Assembly: GCA_964411065.1 (NCBI GenBank) | Contig: CAYPJO010000001.1 | Coordinates: 9,352-69,312, forward strand | Source of the DNA: an uncultured Thermodesulfovibrio sp. | GTDB taxonomy: Bacteria > Nitrospirota > Thermodesulfovibrionia > Thermodesulfovibrionales > Dissulfurispiraceae | Length of the DNA: 59,961 bases | Direction of reading: 5' to 3' | Part shown: in pieces, positions 10,125-20,802 of the stretch | Layout: every line of letters starts with the position of its first letter | Position numbering within the stretch: the stretch's first letter is position 1 | Made by a program: the position numbers and the translations under genes | Notes under the pieces: model-generated | What the model was told of the DNA's origin: nothing | Databases searched by the model: none | The model's input: the letters and a program-made list of their open reading frames with translations, nothing else

Positions 10125-11318
10125 CTACAACATGGACAACCTTCTCGTTTTCAGTCTTAATGCATTCAATTTTATAAAACCCTCAGCGTCTTTTTGATTA
10201 AAAAGACTATCTGATTCAAAGGTTGCCAATTGAGGATTATAGAGAGAATTTGGCGATTTTCTTCCAATTACTATACAGTTGCCCTTGTAAAGTTTAAGTT
10301 TAACCTTTCCATTAACATCTTTCTGGATATGATCGAAAGCCTTCTGTAACATCTCTCTTTCTGGTGAGAACCAATAACCATAATATATAAGCTCTGCATA
10401 TTTAGGAATTAATGAGTCTCTTAAGTGCAAAACTTCCCTATCTAAGGTGATAGACTCAATAGCTCTATGAGCCAAATGCAAAACCGTTCCTCCTGGAGTC
10501 TCATAAACACCTCTTGATTTTATGCCAACATATCTATTTTCTACAATATCCACTCTCCCTACACCATTTATACCAGCAATCTCATTCAAACTCTCCAACA
10601 ATTCAACAGGTTTTAGTTCTACACCATTTAAAGCCACAGGATTACCATTACTATAAGTTATTTCTATACAAGTGGGCTTATCAGGTGCACTCTCTGGAGC
10701 AGTTGTGATAGTAAACATATCTGCTGGTGGTTCAGCCCATATATCTTCAAGAATTCCCCCCTCGTAACTTATATGGAAAATATTGCGATCAACGCTAAAA
10801 GGTTTGTCAACTGTAACAGGAACTGGTATACCGTGTTTTTTTGCATATTCTATCAGGGAACTTCTGGAATTAAAGCCCCACTGACGCCAAGGACTTATAA
10901 CTTTGATATCTGGTTTAAGAGCATAATAGGTGAGCTCAAACCTAACCTGATCATTACCTTTGCCTGTTGCACCATGGGCAACAGCATCGGCACCCTCTTT
11001 TATAGCTATTTCTATCTGCTTTTTTGCAATCAGTGGGCGAGCAATTGATGTGCCAAGAAGATAGGCACCTTCATAAACGGCATTTGCTCTAAGCATAGGG
11101 AAAATATAATCATTTACGAATTCTTCCCTAACATCTTCAATATAGACTTTTGAAGCTCCGGTATCTAAAGCCTTTTGCCTTATCATATCGAGATCTTCTC
11201 CCTGCCCAAGATCAGCACAAAAGGCTATAACTTCTGAATCATAAGTCTCAATAAGCCATTTTAATATAACAGAGGTATCTAGTCCTCCTGAATAGGCCAA
11301 AACAATCTTTTTTATCAC
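10125..11318 (-). CDS. argG: Argininosuccinate synthase
   Basis: [12 protein letters not shown]-binding motif. Full-length 397 aa. Confidence 0.97.
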   Translation of the reverse strand: MIKKIVLAYSGGLDTSVILKWLIETYDSEVIAFCADLGQGEDLDMIRQKALDTGASKVYIEDVREEFVNDYIFPMLRANAVYEGAYLLGTSIARPLIAKKQIEIAIKEGADAVAHGATGKGNDQVRFELTYYALKPDIKVISPWRQWGFNSRSSLIEYAKKHGIPVPVTVDKPFSVDRNIFHISYEGGILEDIWAEPPADMFTITTAPESAPDKPTCIEITYSNGNPVALNGVELKPVELLESLNEIAGINGVGRVDIVENRYVGIKSRGVYETPGGTVLHLAHRAIESITLDREVLHLRDSLIPKYAELIYYGYWFSPEREMLQKAFDHIQKDVNGKVKLKLYKGNCIVIGRKSPNSLYNPQLATFESDSLFNQKDAEGFIKLNALRLKTRRLSML

Positions 11319-11369
11319 GATTTTATCTCCTTACTAAAATTATTCAAAGGAAAGACAAATTAAGAAAGA

Positions 11370-12041
11370 TTATCTAAACTTCAAGAGAGCTGATTTAGCG
11401 AGCTCCTTCATTATACTATCTTCGTCCTTTTCAGCAATTTGACTAATATAGGGTATTGCCCTCATGTCTCCTATATCAATCAACGCTTTTAAGGCAGCAA
11501 ATCTTATAGCAAAACTTTTATCATTCAGTACCCTTGCTAATGGCTCTATAGCTTTAGGATTGCCAATTTTACCTAAGGAAATTATTGAGGATTCTCTGAT
11601 CAGAAGCTCTGAATCATTAAGACCTTCTATTAAAGCATTAACAACATTCTCATTCTCCCTAAAGTTGCCTAATGCTTTAGCAGTATAGGATTTTATCGAT
11701 GGGCACTCGCTATGCAAAAAGATATCATTATAGATATCTAATAAAACTGGTATAGCTACTGGATCGGATCTTTCCCCAAGTAATTCGATAGCCCTTATCT
11801 TTACAGGCCAATACTCACCTTTTGCACCTGCTACTTCAAGAAGAATTTCAGTCGATTTCGGATTGTTGATCTTCCCTGCTTTCTCTACCCCAGCAAGTCT
11901 AACTTGCCAATCCTTGCTATTAACCTCTTTACGAATCTGATCTAAAGTGTATGAGCTTGCTATTTTTGGGAAAAAGAAAAGTCCAGTTAAATAAATCACT
12001 ATAAAAAACAATGAAAAGTTTTTCTTCTTACTCATTACCAT
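11370..12041 (-). CDS. Secreted or membrane-anchored HEAT-repeat (PBS-lyase-like) protein
   Basis: Repeated motifs of the form xxRxxAxxALGxIGdxxAixxL. Start moved to ATG 12041 (AAGGAG 8 nt upstream), giving an MVMSKKKNFSLFFIVIYL signal or anchor sequence. Confidence 0.75.
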   Translation of the reverse strand: MVMSKKKNFSLFFIVIYLTGLFFFPKIASSYTLDQIRKEVNSKDWQVRLAGVEKAGKINNPKSTEILLEVAGAKGEYWPVKIRAIELLGERSDPVAIPVLLDIYNDIFLHSECPSIKSYTAKALGNFRENENVVNALIEGLNDSELLIRESSIISLGKIGNPKAIEPLARVLNDKSFAIRFAALKALIDIGDMRAIPYISQIAEKDEDSIMKELAKSALLKFR

Positions 12042-12192
12042 AATATAAACTCCTTTTACAATTTTACTTAAAATCCAACGATATGGATATTTGTTAGTGA
12101 TTATTATATTCAAAATTCTAAAAATAATTGAAGATTCAGAAAAGAAATCCAAAAAACCATAGCTTTCCTATTATAAGATATTGAAGGTAGAC

Positions 12193-12220
12193 TGTAGTCA
12201 AGCAATAGTGCTTGACTACA
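12193..12220. repeat. Perfect 12-bp inverted repeat with a 4-nt loop (TGTAGTCAAGCA-ATAG-TGCTTGACTACA)
   Basis: Read directly. There is no flanking U/T run on either strand, so it is not a canonical terminator. Confidence 0.8.
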
Positions 12221-12485
12221 TAGCTGCAACTGCCCAAGGATATAACTTCAGGGGTTAAAGCAGTATTATTAATCATTAATGGCACTGGATATCTCAGATA
12301 CAAATTTTAAGAGGACTAAATTTAGCAAATCTAATCCCAGCTTTTTCTCGCTAGGATTTTAATTTTTGGGTAAATGGATGATCCATTCTGCCCAGATAAT
12401 GCTTACTCTCAAAAGAACAAGAATTAGAAAGCCAACATTGATTCCTCTATTTTAATAGACACTAATTTAATAATATACTGTTTTA

Positions 12486-12505
12486 TTCTATTCTATTCTA
12501 TTCTA
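12486..12505. repeat. Pentanucleotide microsatellite (TTCTA)x4 plus a degenerate flanking unit
   Basis: Read directly in the 650-bp ORF-free spacer. Confidence 0.9.
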
Positions 12506-12803
12506 TTAAATTCTCTACTATTAGTCCATCTAATGTTAATTTTGAAAGTTTAAATTGCATTAAGTCAAATATTTGAAAAGTTTGTTGCGTCTTAAATTAC
12601 GTTTAGAGGCATGTTTAATAAATTATATCTCTATTTCTGCTTGATAGCTCTTATTTATAAAAGCATTCCTTAACGAAAATGATCTCACTACAATCAGAAA
12701 AACTATAAAGATTATCTCAAAACCGGCATCATTTAAGAATTATACATAATATAGTCGAAATAGTCGAAAAAATACCCTATTTAAAGAACAATAAAGTGAG
12801 TTC

Positions 12804-14810
12804 TTACATTCTATCAGCAAACCTTGCCTTAGAAAAGTCAATAACTGGCATAATAGTATCTCTAAGAGAAGATGAATTCACAAACTTTGCATTGAAACGA
12901 TAGTATTGAACATAACTAACAAGAACTCTCATTACATAGTTGCGTGTCTCCTCATAAGGTATATCTTCTATAAATTCGTCGATGGCTTTATAATTAGAGT
13001 TTCTCAACCACTCTCTAACAGCGTGCTCACCTGCGTTGTAGGCAGCAACAGCGATGGGTAGATATTTAAACTCATTCATAAGCTTTTTAAAATAGTATAT
13101 ACCTAATAATATATTAAGATTAGGATCATAAAGATTCGAAAAATCAGTTCCCAATCGGAGCTCACTTTTTAATCTCGATGCTGTTTGCGGCATCAATTGC
13201 ATAAGTCCTATAGCACCTGCTATAGACTTTGCCTCTTCATCAAATCTCGATTCCTCTCTCATAATTGCAACAACAATGTATGGATCTGTATCATATCTCA
13301 TTGAAAGATCCTGAATCACTTCCCAATAAGCAAAGGGATAAAAGAGTTCATGAAGGTCTTCTCTGTAAGGGATACGAGACAGGATGCTCATGGAAAATTT
13401 AAAACCCTCTAAATCCTTTAATTTGGAGCTGATTAGCAATTTAGTATTCAAATCATTAGTTCTTTTTGAATAATGAATTAATTCCTGAATAGCCTCTTTT
13501 TTTGAGCCGATTCTTTTTAATAAATCTACTCTCATCATAGTTAAAGAGTCAGTAAGATTCGATAGTGATAACCTTTTTTCTATACCATTAATAACTCTAC
13601 CTTCTTTCAAAACCATTAATAGAGAATAAAAATTTCTTGAATCCAAGTCAGCTTTTATATGTCTCTTGGGTGGTTCTCCTTTAGAGCTCAATTCATAAGC
13701 CCTTAGTTGCCAGTATGCATATTTTGAATCTTTAAAAGTATCATAGAGTTGTGAGAATATTTCATAAGCTCTCTCAAAATCTCTATTCATATGATAAGTC
13801 CATCCTATCGCCCATAGAGATTCTTCTTTTAAAGATGGATAGCGATTGAGAACATCCTTAAAAATTTTTAAGGCTGTAACTACATCTCCATCTCTTCTCA
13901 TTCTATTACCATAAGAGATAAGAACTTTTCCTATCTTCGGGTCGCTGCTCTTTTTTAACATTGGAAGTTCAGACTCAAAAGTTTTTATATCACCCGATCT
14001 CAACAAAGACCTTGCATACCAATAGTTATCTTTAATTTTTTTATATAGTTCAGTCGATTCGCTATACTTTTTTTGTTTAAAAAGAGAATTTGCAAGACCC
14101 TTTAACAGATCTTCTTTTATTTTTTTGCTATCTTTTCTGTTTAAAGCTTCTCTAAAGAATTTCTCTGCTTCTTTATGGTTAAAAGCTTTGCTGAGGTTTT
14201 CACCCTTTTTCAGTAAATCCTCTGGGGTTATATCTTCAATTGATAATTCTTCCCTTGCAAGATTTGAATAAGATGAATTAGATAAAAATACCTCCTTGAA
14301 CATCCTTTTTGCTTCTTTTATTTCTCCTTGAGTCTTGAGCCTTTTAGCATACAAAAATTTCATTTCCATGTCTTCTGGATAATCGCTAATGTATTTCCTC
14401 AAAAGGACAGAGGAGATCACCTCCTCTAAGGTCAGACTCAATTGCACTTCCTTTTTGCGAACATTTTTAATGTAGGGGAAATCTATAAAATTTTCTCTTA
14501 CAATTCTTAAATCATTAATAGCAAGTTTTAATTCCCCCTTTTTTTCGTAAGCTTCTGCCCGCCAATATAGAATGTAGTCAGAAAGAAGGGAAAATTTTTC
14601 TAAAGATTTAGTCAAAAAATAGATAGCATTATCGTAGTCTTTATTCTCAAAACTTTTCCTGCCAGCGTAAAGTAGATTAACTTCATCGAATGAATAAGCA
14701 AAAAGATCTCTATTTATAAGAGAAGAAAGATCTGCAAATGTAAAATAAACAAACAAGATCGAAATTATACAAGCCTTTAAAAAACAGTGCCTCTTCATAA
14801 TATTCTTCAT
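12804..14810 (-). CDS. slt: Soluble lytic murein transglycosylase (Slt70-like, TPR/superhelical N-domain)
   Basis: Catalytic region EESRFDEEAKSIAGAIGLMQLMPQTA and AYNAG. N-terminal signal sequence. Confidence 0.85.
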   Translation of the reverse strand: MKNIMKRHCFLKACIISILFVYFTFADLSSLINRDLFAYSFDEVNLLYAGRKSFENKDYDNAIYFLTKSLEKFSLLSDYILYWRAEAYEKKGELKLAINDLRIVRENFIDFPYIKNVRKKEVQLSLTLEEVISSVLLRKYISDYPEDMEMKFLYAKRLKTQGEIKEAKRMFKEVFLSNSSYSNLAREELSIEDITPEDLLKKGENLSKAFNHKEAEKFFREALNRKDSKKIKEDLLKGLANSLFKQKKYSESTELYKKIKDNYWYARSLLRSGDIKTFESELPMLKKSSDPKIGKVLISYGNRMRRDGDVVTALKIFKDVLNRYPSLKEESLWAIGWTYHMNRDFERAYEIFSQLYDTFKDSKYAYWQLRAYELSSKGEPPKRHIKADLDSRNFYSLLMVLKEGRVINGIEKRLSLSNLTDSLTMMRVDLLKRIGSKKEAIQELIHYSKRTNDLNTKLLISSKLKDLEGFKFSMSILSRIPYREDLHELFYPFAYWEVIQDLSMRYDTDPYIVVAIMREESRFDEEAKSIAGAIGLMQLMPQTASRLKSELRLGTDFSNLYDPNLNILLGIYYFKKLMNEFKYLPIAVAAYNAGEHAVREWLRNSNYKAIDEFIEDIPYEETRNYVMRVLVSYVQYYRFNAKFVNSSSLRDTIMPVIDFSKARFADRM

Positions 14811-14845
14811 GAAAAGTTTTAATCTTCTGAGTCTTTACTTAAATG

Positions 14846-16024
14846 CTAGTATTCCTTTAGATATTGGATATAAGAGTTAAAATTTCTCCTTACCTCTTCA
14901 ATGTTATCACCACCAAATTTTTCAAGGAAAGCATCAGCAATTACCAGAGATGTCATGGCTTCAGCTATTACTGAAGCAGCAGGGACTGCACAGATATCTG
15001 AACGTTCGTAGATTGCTTCAAGTGGTTCCTTAGTAACTATATCAACAGATCTAAGGGGTCTCCTCAGTGTAGGTATTGGTTTCATAACAGCCCTTAAAAC
15101 TAAGGGCATAGCATTAGTCATGCCTCCCTCAATACCCCCTGCATTGTTGGTTTTTCTATAAAAGGATCTTTTAGAGGAATTATAAAAAATCTCATCCATC
15201 ACTTCAGACCCTCTCTTATCAGCCATTTGAAATCCTAAGCCTATTTCTACCCCTTTGATAGCTTGTATACTCATAATTGCCTGAGCAAGAAGTCCGTCAA
15301 GCCTTTTATCCCACTGTATATGGCTTCCTAATCCTGGTGGGACGCCAATCACAAAGACAACAAAAACTCCACCAAGGGTATCGCCATCTTTTAAAACCTC
15401 ATCTATTAGAGCTATAATTTTCTCAGTAATCTGACTATCGGGACATCTAACTGGAGATTCTTCTGCTTTTTTGAAAAGTTCCTCAAATTCTGTTGTTGAT
15501 TCTATAGAACTATCTATCTTTATAGTTCCTATTTGTGTTACATAGCTACCAACTTTGATACCAAACTCAGATAGAAACCGCTTGGCAATAGCCCCTAAAG
15601 CCACTCGCATAGCGGTTTCTCTCGCACTCGACCTTTCTAAGACATTCCTTACATCAATGTGACCATATTTAAGCACCCCTGGCAGGTCAGCATGACCAGG
15701 TCTTGGTCTTGTGACTGGAGGAATAGCGCCAACATGTTTACCTTCAATCGACATACCTTTTTCCCAATTAACCCAGTCTTTGTTATCTAAAAGAATTGAT
15801 ATAGGAGAACCAAGAGTCTTTCCCCATCTGATACCAGAGATTATAATAGCCTGATCTGACTCTATCTTCATCCTTCCGCCACGCCCGTAACCACCTTGTC
15901 TCCTTTTGAGTTCTATATTTATATCTTCAACCGATAAAGTAAGACCTGCAGGAATCCCCTCTAAGATACCTACTAAAGCTCTGCCATGAGACTCCCCTGA
16001 TGTATAAAATCTCAGTTTTTGCAT
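14846..16024 (-). CDS. aroC: Chorismate synthase
   Basis: N-terminal FYTSGESHG, RPGHAD and the GGMTNA region. Start ATG lies 1 nt after the stop of the upstream response-regulator gene. Confidence 0.97.
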   Translation of the reverse strand: MQKLRFYTSGESHGRALVGILEGIPAGLTLSVEDINIELKRRQGGYGRGGRMKIESDQAIIISGIRWGKTLGSPISILLDNKDWVNWEKGMSIEGKHVGAIPPVTRPRPGHADLPGVLKYGHIDVRNVLERSSARETAMRVALGAIAKRFLSEFGIKVGSYVTQIGTIKIDSSIESTTEFEELFKKAEESPVRCPDSQITEKIIALIDEVLKDGDTLGGVFVVFVIGVPPGLGSHIQWDKRLDGLLAQAIMSIQAIKGVEIGLGFQMADKRGSEVMDEIFYNSSKRSFYRKTNNAGGIEGGMTNAMPLVLRAVMKPIPTLRRPLRSVDIVTKEPLEAIYERSDICAVPAASVIAEAMTSLVIADAFLEKFGGDNIEEVRRNFNSYIQYLKEY

Positions 16025-16025
16025 T

Positions 16026-17372
16026 TTAGTTTAATTGGAAGCCTTTTCTTTTTTTATAAACTGATATAGCACCTTTTACAGTGGTATGGTTAAAGGCGCT
16101 TTTCAATAAATCTATAGTTTTTTCTGAAAGTATCGTATCTTTTTTGATGATAAGGAGTCCCGAGAGACCATAAACGTCTTTTGCTACAATAAACCCTGGC
16201 TCTAAATCATTTATTGATATTTCTGCCTCTATGATATCTTCACTGGAAAAAAGGGAGAACTTTAACTCTTGCGCTGCAGACTCAAGGTAAATAAATAACT
16301 CTGAATCAAACTCCTTATCCAAAGAATGCCATATAATTTTAAAAGCCTCGTCTATGTCTCTATTTCTGCTAAGTCGCTCAAATCTATCAGCTATTGATAG
16401 TATTCTCGAACCAAGCGGTATCTTTCCCCGCTTTAAGTTATCGGGGAAGCCACTGCCATCGAAATTTTCGTGATGGTGTCTAATCAATAGAGCTACATCT
16501 TGCAAATAACTTACAACCTTCACTGCCCTCTGACCTAATATTGGGTGCTTAATATATTGTTTGAATTCATCAGATGATAATTCTTGGGGTTCCTTAAAGA
16601 GTAACATATCAGAGGTGCCTATTTTACCTATATCATGTAAGCTGCCTGCTACTGATATCGTTTCCACCTCTGCTGTAGTTAATGATAGCCTTTTAGCCAT
16701 TTCTACAGCAATAAGCGCAACCCTTTTAGAGTGGTTAAAAAGTGCCTTACCTCTTAAGGTTAATATTTCGTCGAAGAGTTCCATTAATTCTTTTTTGTTA
16801 TTTGTAAGCTTATCTTTTAACGCCTTCAATTCTTTATCTTTTTTTGTTAGGTCTATAGTATGAATCTGAACATAATATTCCAGTTCTTTACTCCAAATTT
16901 CTAACTGTTCCTTTTGTTTTTTTGTCAATTCGTTTAGATATATATTCTCCTTTATTAGTCTATATCTGTTTGCTGCTTCCTTAATAATGTGAACAAGTTC
17001 TCTATCATTCCATGGTTTTGTGATATATCTATACGCCCCAGCCTCATTTATAGCATCCATAGCCGCATTTATATCAGCGTATCCTGTTAAAATAATCCTC
17101 AAAGTATTGGGAGAGAGTTCTTTAGCCCTTAATAAAAATTCTGTCCCTGTCATCTCGGGCATCCGTTGATCAGAGACAATCACAGCGAACTCTTTATCCT
17201 GGATAATTTCAAGACCTTCCTTGCCGGACTTTGCAGTATATACATTAAAATTCTCCTCAAGAAAAAGTCTTCTCAAAGCCCTTAGTATGTTTTCCTCGTC
17301 ATCCACAAAAAGTATATTAAAGCTTGCTTCCATATTTATATTCTCAAAGCCCATTTTATTTGAAATTTTCAA
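16026..17372 (-). CDS. Response regulator with HD-GYP c-di-GMP phosphodiesterase output domain
   Basis: REC domain (ILFVDDEE...SDQRMPEMTG), HD motif SLHDIGKIG and HHENFDGSGFP (GYP with Y replaced by F). The start is ambiguous: TTG 17372 overlaps the upstream stop, and ATG 17354 or 17333 are alternatives. Confidence 0.85.
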   Translation of the reverse strand: MKISNKMGFENINMEASFNILFVDDEENILRALRRLFLEENFNVYTAKSGKEGLEIIQDKEFAVIVSDQRMPEMTGTEFLLRAKELSPNTLRIILTGYADINAAMDAINEAGAYRYITKPWNDRELVHIIKEAANRYRLIKENIYLNELTKKQKEQLEIWSKELEYYVQIHTIDLTKKDKELKALKDKLTNNKKELMELFDEILTLRGKALFNHSKRVALIAVEMAKRLSLTTAEVETISVAGSLHDIGKIGTSDMLLFKEPQELSSDEFKQYIKHPILGQRAVKVVSYLQDVALLIRHHHENFDGSGFPDNLKRGKIPLGSRILSIADRFERLSRNRDIDEAFKIIWHSLDKEFDSELFIYLESAAQELKFSLFSSEDIIEAEISINDLEPGFIVAKDVYGLSGLLIIKKDTILSEKTIDLLKSAFNHTTVKGAISVYKKRKGFQLN

Positions 17373-18163
17373 TCGTAAGGTAAAAAGGTAATTATAATGC
17401 CTTTCTGATTAGAAGTTTCATCGTTGAAAACAGTCCCTATTATTTTTCCACGAGTATTATTTATCACCATTTCTGTAAAGGATGAACAGAGGGTATCTCT
17501 GATTTTTACCACAAAATTACAAATATCCTCAGGTAAAAAGCAATAGATATTCTCTCCTAATTTGCTCCACTCAATACCTGCTAAACTAATCCATGCCTCA
17601 TTACATTGCACCATAACAAAATCGAAATCAACTCCCATAATTCCTATCGGGATAGCATTCAAAATGTTTTGAAAATTTTTGAGTAACCTACTTTTAAACT
17701 CAAGAAGTTCGGATTTCTCCCTCAATAACTCTTGTAAATTTTCATTCTTATGAAGTAACTCTTCTGTTAGTTTGCGGTTTCTCTTTGCTAATAAATATCT
17801 ATCTGTGGCATTAGATAAAGTAGCTTTTACCTCTTCATCATTCCATGGTTTAGGTATAAACTTATATATCCTCCCTTCATTAATCGCTCCAATAATAGCT
17901 GAGATATCAGCATAACCTGATATAATAATTCTTACAGAATCTGGTATTCTTAAATAGGCTTTTCTTAAAAAATCTACACCGTTCATATCAGGCATACGAT
18001 AATCTGAGATAATTATCTGGGGCTCTTCCCTCTGAAGGATCTCAAGTCCTTCTTCTCCTGAAGTTGCTGTTAAAATAGTGTAATTTTCATCCATTAAAAG
18101 CCTTCTAAGAGATTTTAGTACTAGTTCTTCATCATCTACAATCAGGACTTTAATCTCTTCCAT
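17369..18163 (-). CDS. Response regulator, REC plus C-terminal PAS-like domain
   Basis: REC motifs VLIVDDEE and SDYRMPDMNG. The C-terminal part LNAIPIGIMGVDFDFVMVQCNEAW is PAS-like. Confidence 0.8.
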   Translation of the reverse strand: MEEIKVLIVDDEELVLKSLRRLLMDENYTILTATSGEEGLEILQREEPQIIISDYRMPDMNGVDFLRKAYLRIPDSVRIIISGYADISAIIGAINEGRIYKFIPKPWNDEEVKATLSNATDRYLLAKRNRKLTEELLHKNENLQELLREKSELLEFKSRLLKNFQNILNAIPIGIMGVDFDFVMVQCNEAWISLAGIEWSKLGENIYCFLPEDICNFVVKIRDTLCSSFTEMVINNTRGKIIGTVFNDETSNQKGIIITFLPYD

Positions 18164-18367
18164 GTAAAACTTTAATTGATCTAATTTATTACAGGGTTTT
18201 TCAATTGAAAAAATTAGAAATTAAAACACTTCTATAACTTTTGAGTCCCATCAGCCTTAATGCAAGCCAAATTTTTGCGTTAAAAAGAATCTTTCCTCTA
18301 TTGTACTAAATAAAAAAATATACTAATAATTTAAAGGGTAATACTTTTCTTCTCAAAAATACAGGGC

Positions 18368-20035
18368 TTAAGACTCTGATTGAGTTACAGGAATTTTTAC
18401 TGTAAAAGTGGTGCCTTCTCCAACCTTACTTCTAACATCTATATTCCCTCTATGCTTACGGATAATATCATAGGCAATGCTTAGTCCCAGCCCTGTCCCT
18501 TGCCCCACAGGCTTTGTTGTAAAAAAGGGTTCAAATATCCTATTAATCTTATCTTCTGGTATGCCAACGCCATTGTCAGAGATAGATACATAAATTTTAT
18601 CAGCTTCATACCATGTCTTTATGTTAATCTCTCCCTTTTTTTCTATTGCCTGAACAGCATTTAATAATAAATTCATAAAAACTTGATTCAATTGCCCAAG
18701 ATTACAGTACGTCTTTGGTAGTATACCCAACTCTTTTTTTATTGTTGCTTTATACTTGAGTTCATTCCATAAAATATTTATAGTGCTTTCAATACCTTCA
18801 TTGATATCAGCTAATTTGAATTCTGCTTCATCAATCCTTGAAAAACTCTTTAGATCTTGAACAATCAGCTTTATCCGTTCCGCACCCTCTATTGACTCCT
18901 TTACTAAACTCTCCATATCTTCTAACAAATACTCAATTTTTAAAGATTTGCGTTTCCTCTTTAACTCTTCTACAGTCTCCTCTTTTAAAGAAAAACCTTT
19001 ATGAATTGCAGTTATGATATTATCTTGAAAGGAAATGAATTCTTTGATCCTGCTCGAGTATTTAAGAAGGGTGTTGAGATTACTCATTAAAAACCCTGTA
19101 GGATTATTTATCTCATGGGCAATTCCTGATGCAAGTTGTCCAATGGAAGCCATTTTTTCTTGTTGTAATATCTGTGCTTGGGCACTCTTTAACTCAAGGT
19201 AAGCCTTCTCCAGTTCAGAGTGTTTAACCTCAAGCATCTTATTACTATTCTCTAATTTTTTTGTAAGTCTCCTAACATTTGTAATATCTTGTAAGACGAT
19301 AACGGCTGCATTCTTAATGGTCTCATTAAAGTCTTGAAGATAATATATATTGAAGTTGAAATACCTACCCTTTGAATGATGTAACTCTATATCCCCTGAG
19401 TCTAACACAACAAAGTTAAAGAGTCCCTTTTTAAGTACATCTTGAAACTTTTTCCCCAAGATGTGTTGGAAATCTGTCTCCATTAGTTCAACCAATCTTT
19501 TATTAATCCTTAAAATTGTATCTTTCTGATCAATAAGAATTATGATGTCATTTACACAATCAAATATAGATTCCCACTCCCTTTTAGCGTTTTCGATTAA
19601 TTTCATAGTTTGAGAAAGAACTACATTTTGAAGCTCTAATTCTTGGTATTTTTTTAAATTTATAAAGTTACGAGTTTTAATTTTAACTTCTAATGAATTG
19701 AGAGGTTTCAAAAGGAGGTCGTTAGCACCTGCTTCAAGGCATTTCATTTTAAGGTCTTGCTCAATGGATCTTGTTATAATAATTATAGGAATTGAGGATG
19801 TTGTTGGATTATTCTTCAATCTTCTACAAACCTCAAAACCACTTATTTTTAATAAGAATAAATCCAAAAAAACTATATCGGGTTTCATCTCAAAGGCTAA
19901 CTCTATGATCTCGTTACCATCATTTGTTGTATAACAAATATATCCTTCAGTGGAAAGAACCAGATAAAGATAATCTCGTATATACTTATCATTATCTGCT
20001 ATTAAAACTACATGATTTTGTCTAACTTCTTGCAC
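18368..20035 (-). CDS. Hybrid sensor histidine kinase (REC-PAS-HisKA-HATPase_c)
   Basis: N-terminal REC (VLIADND...), H-box IAHEINNPTGF, N-box LLLNAVQA, G-boxes DNGVGI and GTGLGL. Confidence 0.9.
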   Translation of the reverse strand: MQEVRQNHVVLIADNDKYIRDYLYLVLSTEGYICYTTNDGNEIIELAFEMKPDIVFLDLFLLKISGFEVCRRLKNNPTTSSIPIIIITRSIEQDLKMKCLEAGANDLLLKPLNSLEVKIKTRNFINLKKYQELELQNVVLSQTMKLIENAKREWESIFDCVNDIIILIDQKDTILRINKRLVELMETDFQHILGKKFQDVLKKGLFNFVVLDSGDIELHHSKGRYFNFNIYYLQDFNETIKNAAVIVLQDITNVRRLTKKLENSNKMLEVKHSELEKAYLELKSAQAQILQQEKMASIGQLASGIAHEINNPTGFLMSNLNTLLKYSSRIKEFISFQDNIITAIHKGFSLKEETVEELKRKRKSLKIEYLLEDMESLVKESIEGAERIKLIVQDLKSFSRIDEAEFKLADINEGIESTINILWNELKYKATIKKELGILPKTYCNLGQLNQVFMNLLLNAVQAIEKKGEINIKTWYEADKIYVSISDNGVGIPEDKINRIFEPFFTTKPVGQGTGLGLSIAYDIIRKHRGNIDVRSKVGEGTTFTVKIPVTQSES

Positions 20036-20184
20036 TATGAACCTTATTAAAAGTCTTTTTATTGCAAATTATATCAACCCATAATGTAGAAAATAAAGTC
20101 TTTTTTGGTCAAAGGGATCATGACATTTTTTATCAGCTAACTTCAAGACAAATCGATTATTCCTAAGTAAACGTCAAAACTAAA

Positions 20185-20256
20185 AGCCGGGAATGGGATT
20201 CGAACCCACGACCTGCTGATTACGAATCAGCTGCACTACCTCTGTGCTATCCCGGC
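20185..20256 (-). tRNA. tRNA-Thr (anticodon CGU)
   Basis: Manual cloverleaf fold: acceptor GCCGGGA/UCCCGGC, D-stem GCAC/GUGC, anticodon stem GCUGA/UCAGC with loop UUCGUAA, T-arm GUGGG-UUCGAAU-CCCAU. No encoded CCA. Confidence 0.9.
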
Positions 20257-20802
20257 TGAAAAGTATTCTATATTCAATTTAAAAAGAAGCTTAAACGAGT
20301 AATATTATAACCAATTTGGCTAAAAATAAAAGCAATGTCGGTGGCAGTTTAATTTCAATATAAGAATCTTTTATATGCTTTATTTAGCCAAAATCTCTAA
20401 GGTATCTAACTATCTAATTGAAATATGTACATTTTAGACTCCGTAAAGACTTCAAAAAAAGAAGCCCTTCTACAACCTTTGAATGCCATTTATTTTTATT
20501 GTAGATACATAATAAATAAAAAAGTAACAGAAAAAAAGACTCTTAATGGGACAAATAAAAATTAGGAAGATCATAAAAAAGATATCTTCCATATAACTAT
20601 GTGTTATAATAAAAAATTTCTTATAGTTAAAGGTGGGTTTAAATCCATAAGAATAAATTTCTCAGAGCGGAAAGAACTAACTTAATCTAATAATCTAAAC
20701 CTGAAACATTGAAAATCGGTTTTTTCGAGAGTTTAAAATTTCTTTCATTATTTTATACTAAAGGGACTTAGTTCTAATCTATAAAGGAGGAGATCTCTAA
20801 AA

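Noticed and set aside
12279-12296. TGGCAC at 12281 as a sigma-54 -24 element
   Set aside because: The required TTGC -12 element at the correct spacing is absent (the sequence reads TGGCACTGGATATCTC).
20036-20802. tRNA-Thr in a large spacer as an integration hotspot or genomic-island border
   Set aside because: There is no integrase, no direct repeat of the tRNA 3' end and no change in gene character on either side. The flanking genes are ordinary chromosomal genes.
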